From the IMG/VR virus record IMGVR_UViG_3300030329_003775: DNA of 20,000 bases; one strand, given 5' to 3'. Source of the DNA: an uncultured virus (IMG/VR IMGVR_UViG_3300030329_003775) (taxonomy: Duplodnaviria > Heunggongvirae > Uroviricota > Caudoviricetes). How positions within the stretch are numbered: the first letter of the stretch is position 1; each line of letters starts with the position of its first letter. Below the pieces are notes generated by a model. That model saw only the letters and a program-made list of their open reading frames with translations, did no database searches and was not told the origin of the DNA. A program made the translations under genes and the position numbers. This document shows positions 14,948 through 20,000 of the stretch, one piece after another.

Positions 14948-17900
14948 ATGGCAAGCATAGTCGTCAGTAATGATAGAAGTGATGGGACACCGAATGTCCC
15001 AGATGCTTCCAAGTACCCGAAGTGGAAGAACTTCTTCTGGCGCAGGGACGGCGCAGGCACGGCTGTAACAATCTACCTTTGGAACGAGTCCCTCGATCCA
15101 GCTGATTCCACGTACCTGAAGTGGCAGCCCTTGGCCAACTTCATTACCACTGCTTCCTTAAGTGACATGGCCGCAGCGTCCAACAGGATAACGCTGACAA
15201 CCGTGAACGGGGTGCTGTACTTCGATGTTATCGAGGCCAACATGGACCTCTCCAATATAGGAGGCACCCTCCCACAGTCAAAGCTGCCAGCCAATGTCCC
15301 GCTTACAGACTCAGCCCAGACCTTTACCCAGTTAGTAACATTCTCAGGGGGCCTTTCCGGGGTTCTTTCAGGCAACTCAACGTCATCTGATAAGTGGTCA
15401 AGCCAGCGCACTATAACCCTTACTGGAGATGCCACAGGCTCAGCACAAGGAGTAGACGGCTCAGCCGATGTAACAATAAACACCACAGTAACACCTGGAG
15501 CTGTTGGAAATACATTGGCCCAGTGGAACGCCGACAAGATTCAAGGGTTTGCAGTATCCTCAGCAGCACCGGGCCTTGGCCAGAGCCTTACGTGGAACGG
15601 GTCTCAGTGGTATCCAACAAACTCAACAGCGACAAACCTATCGGCGCTCACGGACGTCACTGTCAGCAACCCGTCAACTGATCAGCTGCTTAGATACAAT
15701 GGCACGTCATGGGTCAACACAGACATTTCCGTAACCTCTATCCTTGGAAGCTCCCTTATCGAGTCCACGGAGGCGTGGAACAACTCAGACACAGAGCTGG
15801 CCACAACGTCTGCAATTGATGCCCGGATTGATGCCAAGGTGGCGCTTGAGAATACCATCGCTGAGATGGATGACGTGAACCTTGCTACATTGGGCGGGGA
15901 CCAACTACTTAAGTACAATAGCTCCACCTCCAAGTGGGTTAACTTTTCAGTAGACACGGACTTTGTTTCAGAGGGCTCCAGTAACCTGTACTACACCGAC
16001 GCCCGCTTTGATACACGTCTTGGGACAAAGAGCACTGATGACCTAACTGAAGGCAGCACTAACCTGTACTACACGGATACCCGTTGGGACACTAGGCTTG
16101 GCACAAAGAGCACTTCAGATCTGGCCGAAGGCACTAACCTGTACTACACGGATGCACGAGCAGACGCCCGCATAGCCAACGCAGATCTTGGTGACTTAAG
16201 TAACGTCACCGAGACCTCATCGGCTGGTGGGAATATTCTTGTCTATGATAGCGGGTGGAAGAATGTGGGTGTAACCGGGGATGTCTCGATTGATAACACC
16301 GGATTGGCCTCAATAGCATCTGGCGTCATAGTAGACGCGGATGTTTCCGCCACAGCAGCAATAGCCCAAACCAAGCTGGATCTATCGGATGCTTCCACCA
16401 GCGCCAAAGGCATAGCGTCGTTCGATGCGACTGATTTTTCAGTGGCGAGTGGAGCTGTTTCCCTTGCTGACCTTACCGTCAGTCACATGGCAACCAGCTC
16501 AGTCCTCCTGTCTACAGACACATGGGCAGCCAACGACACCACGCTGGCAACAACAGGAGCAATTGATGCCATAATAGATGCCAAGGTAGAGGCAGAAGAC
16601 ACACTGGCTGAGATGAACGATGTAAATCTCAGCACCCCAGCAGCCAACAATTTACTCAAATACGACAGCGGCACCTCCAAGTGGGTTAACTTTGGAATCG
16701 ATACAGACTTTGTTTCAGAGGGTTCAACAAACCTATACCACACAGACGCCAGAGCGAGGGCATCCGTAAGCGCAACAGGGGACCTTGGGTATACGCAGTC
16801 CAGCGGAGTCTTTGACTACTCCCACCCAACCCAGACCGCCATCTCATCCAACAACGCCAACGGGACGGTCCTGCAGGACATTGAGGTTGACACTAAGGGC
16901 CACGTCACTTCTGTCGGCACGTTTGATCTGGATGGTCGTTACTATACAGAGTCCGAATCTGACACAAACTTCCACCCCAAGGGCGGCTCCAGCACACAGG
17001 ATTTTGTGGCCGCGAACCTCACTGTCCATGGCACCACCCTCACCAAGGACACGCAGCAGGTTAACATTGGCGACAACATCATGGTGCTGAACGCCGAGGA
17101 GGCCGGGACACCAAGTGACAATGCGGGAATTGAAGTTGAGAGAGGCACATCCACTAACACCTCGATAAGATGGAATGAGTCGAGCGACAAGTGGGAGTTT
17201 ACTAATGATGGTTCTACGTGGAACCCCATCCCCTCAGACACCGATGACCTTTCGGAAGGCAGCAGCAATCTATACTATACGGACACCCGCTGGGATACAC
17301 GGCTTGGAACAAAGAGCACTTCAGATCTGGCCGAAGGCACTAACCTGTACTACACGGATACCCGTTGGGACACTAGGCTTGGTACAAAGGACACTGATGA
17401 CCTAACTGAAGGCAGCAGTAATCTGTACTACACGGATGCACGCTTTGATACACGTCTTGGGACAAAGGACACTGATGACCTAACTGAAGGCAGCACTAAC
17501 CTGTACTACACGGATACCCGTTGGGACACTAGGCTTGGNNNNNNNNNNNNNNNNNNNNNNNNNNNNNNNNNNNNNNNNNNNNNNNNNNNNNNNNNNNNNN
17601 NNNNNNNNNNNNNNNNNNNNNNNNNNNNNNNNNNNNNNACGCTTTGATACACGTCTTGGGACAAAGGACACTGATGACCTAACTGAAGGCAGCACTAACC
17701 TGTACTACACGGATACCCGTTGGGACACTAGGCTTGGTACAAAGGACACTGATGACCTAACTGAAGGCAGCAGTAATCTGTACTACACGGATGCACGCTT
17801 TGATACACGTCTTGGGACAAAGGACACTGATGACCTAACTGAAGGCAGCACTAACCTGTACTACACGGATACCCGTTGGGACACTAGGCTTGGCACAAAG

Positions 17901-18539
17901 AGCACTTCAGATCTGGCCGAAGGCACTAACCTGTACTACACGGACACCCGTTGGGATACACGGCTTGGAACAAAGGACACTGATGACCTGTCAGAAGGCA
18001 GCACCAACCTGTATCACACCAGCGCGAGGGCGTATGGTGCGCTTACTAGCAGCTCCAACTCGAGTGGCACAGTCCTTCAGTCTTACGACAACTCGAATGG
18101 CACATTTTCGACCACTGATCTGGACACGCGGTACATCCAGAGTGAGTCCGATCCTGTCTTCAGCGCTCACGCGGCCTCAGGTGTAACTTCCACAAAGATT
18201 AGTAACTGGGATGCGGCCCACGGCTGGGGCGACCATGGAGCTCAGGGATACCTGACGAGCCTTGGGAGCATTAATGGCCACACGGATGTGGACACCGCAA
18301 CCTCCTCGCCCTCGGACGGGCAGGCCCTTGTCTGGGTTGCGGCCAATAGCAAGTGGGAGCCGGGTACTGTTAGCGGTGGTGGCGGGGGTGGAGGATCAGG
18401 CCACACGATTCAGGACGAGGGCAATAACCTTACGGCTGAGACCAACTTGAATTTCGTTGGTGAACTAGTGGCAGCAACAGCGGAGACAGGTGCTACACAG
18501 GTAACAATCGACGCCAAGACGGCTTGGCTCTACGGATAA
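14948..18539 (+). CDS. Long repetitive fibre protein (at least ~1130 aa); one gene split in the ORF track by the N-gap
   Basis: T/S/D/G-rich; 13 visible 'EGx(x)NLY[YH]TxxR' repeats; several 'L..L.DV....Q.L.Y....WVN' modules; 'AGIEVERG...IRWNE..DKWEF' segment; same repeat continues on both sides of the gap. Confidence 0.85.
15956..16159 (+). repeat. Fibre repeat block 1: three 25-26-aa units
   Basis: TDFVSEGSSNLYYTDARFDTRLGTK / STDDLTEGSTNLYYTDTRWDTRLGTK / STSDLAEGTNLYYTDAR. Confidence 0.9.
17237..18029 (+). repeat. Fibre repeat block 2: coding tandem array of 78-bp and 75-bp units, copy number unresolved
   Basis: Nine visible NLY units plus one partial; near-identical at DNA level; alternating variants give a 156-bp period. 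Confidence 0.95.
17539..17638. other. Assembly gap (100 N)
   Basis: Run of 100 N; the 99 nt before (17440-17538) and after (17639-17737) are identical. Confidence 0.98.
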
Positions 18540-18545
18540 ACACAC

Positions 18546-18893
18546 ATGGCAACAACACATAAAATGCTGGCGTTTGGTCAGTTCGGCACAAGCGTCGGGT
18601 CGGGAGTTACTGGCAACATTCTGACTCCATCATCGTCTAACATCGCGCTGATTAAAACGGTCCTGATTCACAACACAAACACGACTCCCGAGGTGGTGGA
18701 AATCTACCACAACGGACACGGAGATTCGGACAGAGTACTTAGAGTAACAGTCGCCAAAGACGAGACTTTTGAGTGGGCACTATCACACATGGTAGTTGTG
18801 GACGGAACTGCAACTCCCGCAGGAACATGGAAGGCTAAGGCGGATACTGGCAGTAAAGTAAACTACTTCATATTTGGAGCGGAGGAATCATAA
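18546..18893 (+). CDS. Small beta-rich virion/fibre-associated protein, 115 aa
   Basis: Directly after the fibre; alternating hydrophobic beta pattern (IKTVLIHN, VVEIY, VNYFIFG); TAATG overlap with the next gene. Confidence 0.75.
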   Translation: MATTHKMLAFGQFGTSVGSGVTGNILTPSSSNIALIKTVLIHNTNTTPEVVEIYHNGHGDSDRVLRVTVAKDETFEWALSHMVVVDGTATPAGTWKAKADTGSKVNYFIFGAEES

Positions 18894-19420
18894 TGGCATT
18901 TAGCAGGACAACCACGGACGAGAAGACCTTTATCCAACTGGGGGACACACCGAGCTCCATAACGGCGAGCAACTTCCTGCGGGGGGATAGCACTGGGGCG
19001 AACCTGGAGTTCAGGACCGGGACTCAGGTGGCCTCTGACATCGGCGCGGCCTCAGCCAGCTCCAGCCAAAACTGGACGGATACACAGCTGGGTAATGTTG
19101 TAGCCATCACTCCCTCAGGCGGCACAGCCGCAATTGATCTGACTGGAGGAAATGGCAGCGACAAGGGCAACAATTTCAGTGTGTCCATTAGCGGCTCCAC
19201 CACGCTTGCATTTTCAAACCCGCAGGCGGGGCAGTCCGGGGTGGTGCTGGTTACCACGACTGGCTCCGCTTCAGCAGCCTCATTTAGTGGCATTAGCTGG
19301 GTGAACGCGACTGTGCCTTCCAGCTCTGACGGAAGCTCTGCTGCGGTCAAGGACTTGATTGCTTATTATTGCCCAGACGGCTCTACCACTGTTGGCGTCT
19401 ACCACACTAACTTTGCATGA
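18893..19420 (+). CDS. Short fibre-like virion protein, 175 aa
   Basis: S/T/G/A-rich; 'TF.QL.DTP..' and 'NNFSV.....TLAFSNPQAGQSG' segments resemble phage fibre modules. Confidence 0.75.
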   Translation: MAFSRTTTDEKTFIQLGDTPSSITASNFLRGDSTGANLEFRTGTQVASDIGAASASSSQNWTDTQLGNVVAITPSGGTAAIDLTGGNGSDKGNNFSVSISGSTTLAFSNPQAGQSGVVLVTTTGSASAASFSGISWVNATVPSSSDGSSAAVKDLIAYYCPDGSTTVGVYHTNFA

Positions 19421-20000
19421 TAGTCCCCGGATCAAGTCCAAGCACGCTGATGCAGGTTCCCTCTGACGAGGAGGCAGACTACACGGTGGATTATTCCTGC
19501 CGGTTCAATAGGGGAACTACTACTGGCGGCGACGCGGTTGGCCTGCACTTCGACCCCTCGTCAAACCATGATGATGCCGGTAACTGGACTTTTAGTTGTT
19601 GGGTTAAGCGGGGGAATCTGGGCGGCTCAAGTTGGTACGACGGCCAACGTATTTTTGAGGCTGGTTATCGGACTTCGGGGAGTGATGATAACATAATTTT
19701 CTTGGGCTTCAACGAGAACGATAAACTGAAAACATGGTCGGAAACCAACGGCTCACTGAATTTCAACTCCACTTCAACAGCCGTTTTTCGAGACCCAGCC
19801 GCCTTTTATCATATTGTATTTAATAGAAACGGCACGTCCTTAAAAGTCTACGTTAACAATGTCGAACATATAAGCGTCACCCTCTCAAGCTCAACAGCGG
19901 TTTACGGAGTTGGCAGCGGATACCCGATGGTAGTTGGAGCTAGTACCAAGCTGGCGGGGGAGACTCCCACATACTACCAGCCCTTGGATGGGCACATTGC
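19417..20000 (+). CDS. Concanavalin A-like/LamG domain virion protein, 5' part (runs off the window; not in the ORF track)
   Basis: ATGA overlap at 19417-19420; frame open to 20000; WTFSCWVKR, FRDPAAFYHIV, KVYVN and LDGHI are LamG-type motifs. Confidence 0.85.
   Translation, partial: MIVPGSSPSTLMQVPSDEEADYTVDYSCRFNRGTTTGGDAVGLHFDPSSNHDDAGNWTFSCWVKRGNLGGSSWYDGQRIFEAGYRTSGSDDNIIFLGFNENDKLKTWSETNGSLNFNSTSTAVFRDPAAFYHIVFNRNGTSLKVYVNNVEHISVTLSSSTAVYGVGSGYPMVVGASTKLAGETPTYYQPLDGHI

Larger units (their letters stand above)
1..20000 (+). mobile_element. Tailed dsDNA phage genome segment (small accessory genes, integrase, packaging, head and fibre modules)
   Basis: Terminase large subunit motifs, a tyrosine integrase, portal/scaffold/capsid gene order, fibre repeats, all genes on one strand with minimal spacing, no recognisable cellular housekeeping genes. 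Confidence 0.95.

Noticed and set aside
17535..17647. Frameshift, pseudogene or two separate fibre genes
   Set aside because: The frame change comes from the placeholder 100-N gap; repeat-consistent gap sizes restore one ORF
17237..18029. CRISPR array or diversity-generating retroelement template/variable repeats
   Set aside because: Units are contiguous, in frame and lack unique spacers; differences are not adenine-specific; no cas or reverse transcriptase gene in the window
820..19350. Other short minus-strand and out-of-frame ORFs in the track
   Set aside because: All overlap better-supported plus-strand genes and show no recognisable motifs
1..20000. Alternative genetic code (stop codon reassignment)
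   Set aside because: Long genes are intact in the standard code, and TAA, TAG and TGA all end genes at tight junctions

Overview
The whole window is one co-oriented (+ strand) segment of an uncultured tailed dsDNA phage (Caudoviricetes). No host genes are visible, so it cannot be called a prophage from this window alone. Layout: (i) 1-3120, a dense array of small hypothetical genes, most with Shine-Dalgarno-like sites, containing a 78-bp direct repeat and micro-ORFs; (ii) 3106-3144, a 12-bp inverted repeat overlapping a sigma70-like promoter; (iii) 3168-7191, an unusual tight gene string: HTH protein, coiled-coil protein, complete tyrosine recombinase, HTH protein (probable terminase small subunit), terminase large subunit; (iv) 7215-14641, head module with probable portal, scaffold, major capsid protein and head-tail adaptor; (v) 14641-20000, fibre/receptor-binding module including a >1100-aa fibre with 75/78-bp tandem repeats (interrupted by a 100-N assembly gap) and a LamG-type protein running off the end. 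Most notable are the integrase overlapping the packaging genes with no adjacent attP space, a candidate recombination/operator palindrome, two probable CTG starts, and a hairpin/promoter arrangement over the capsid start codon. All functional calls come from motifs and gene order read by eye; no database search was run.
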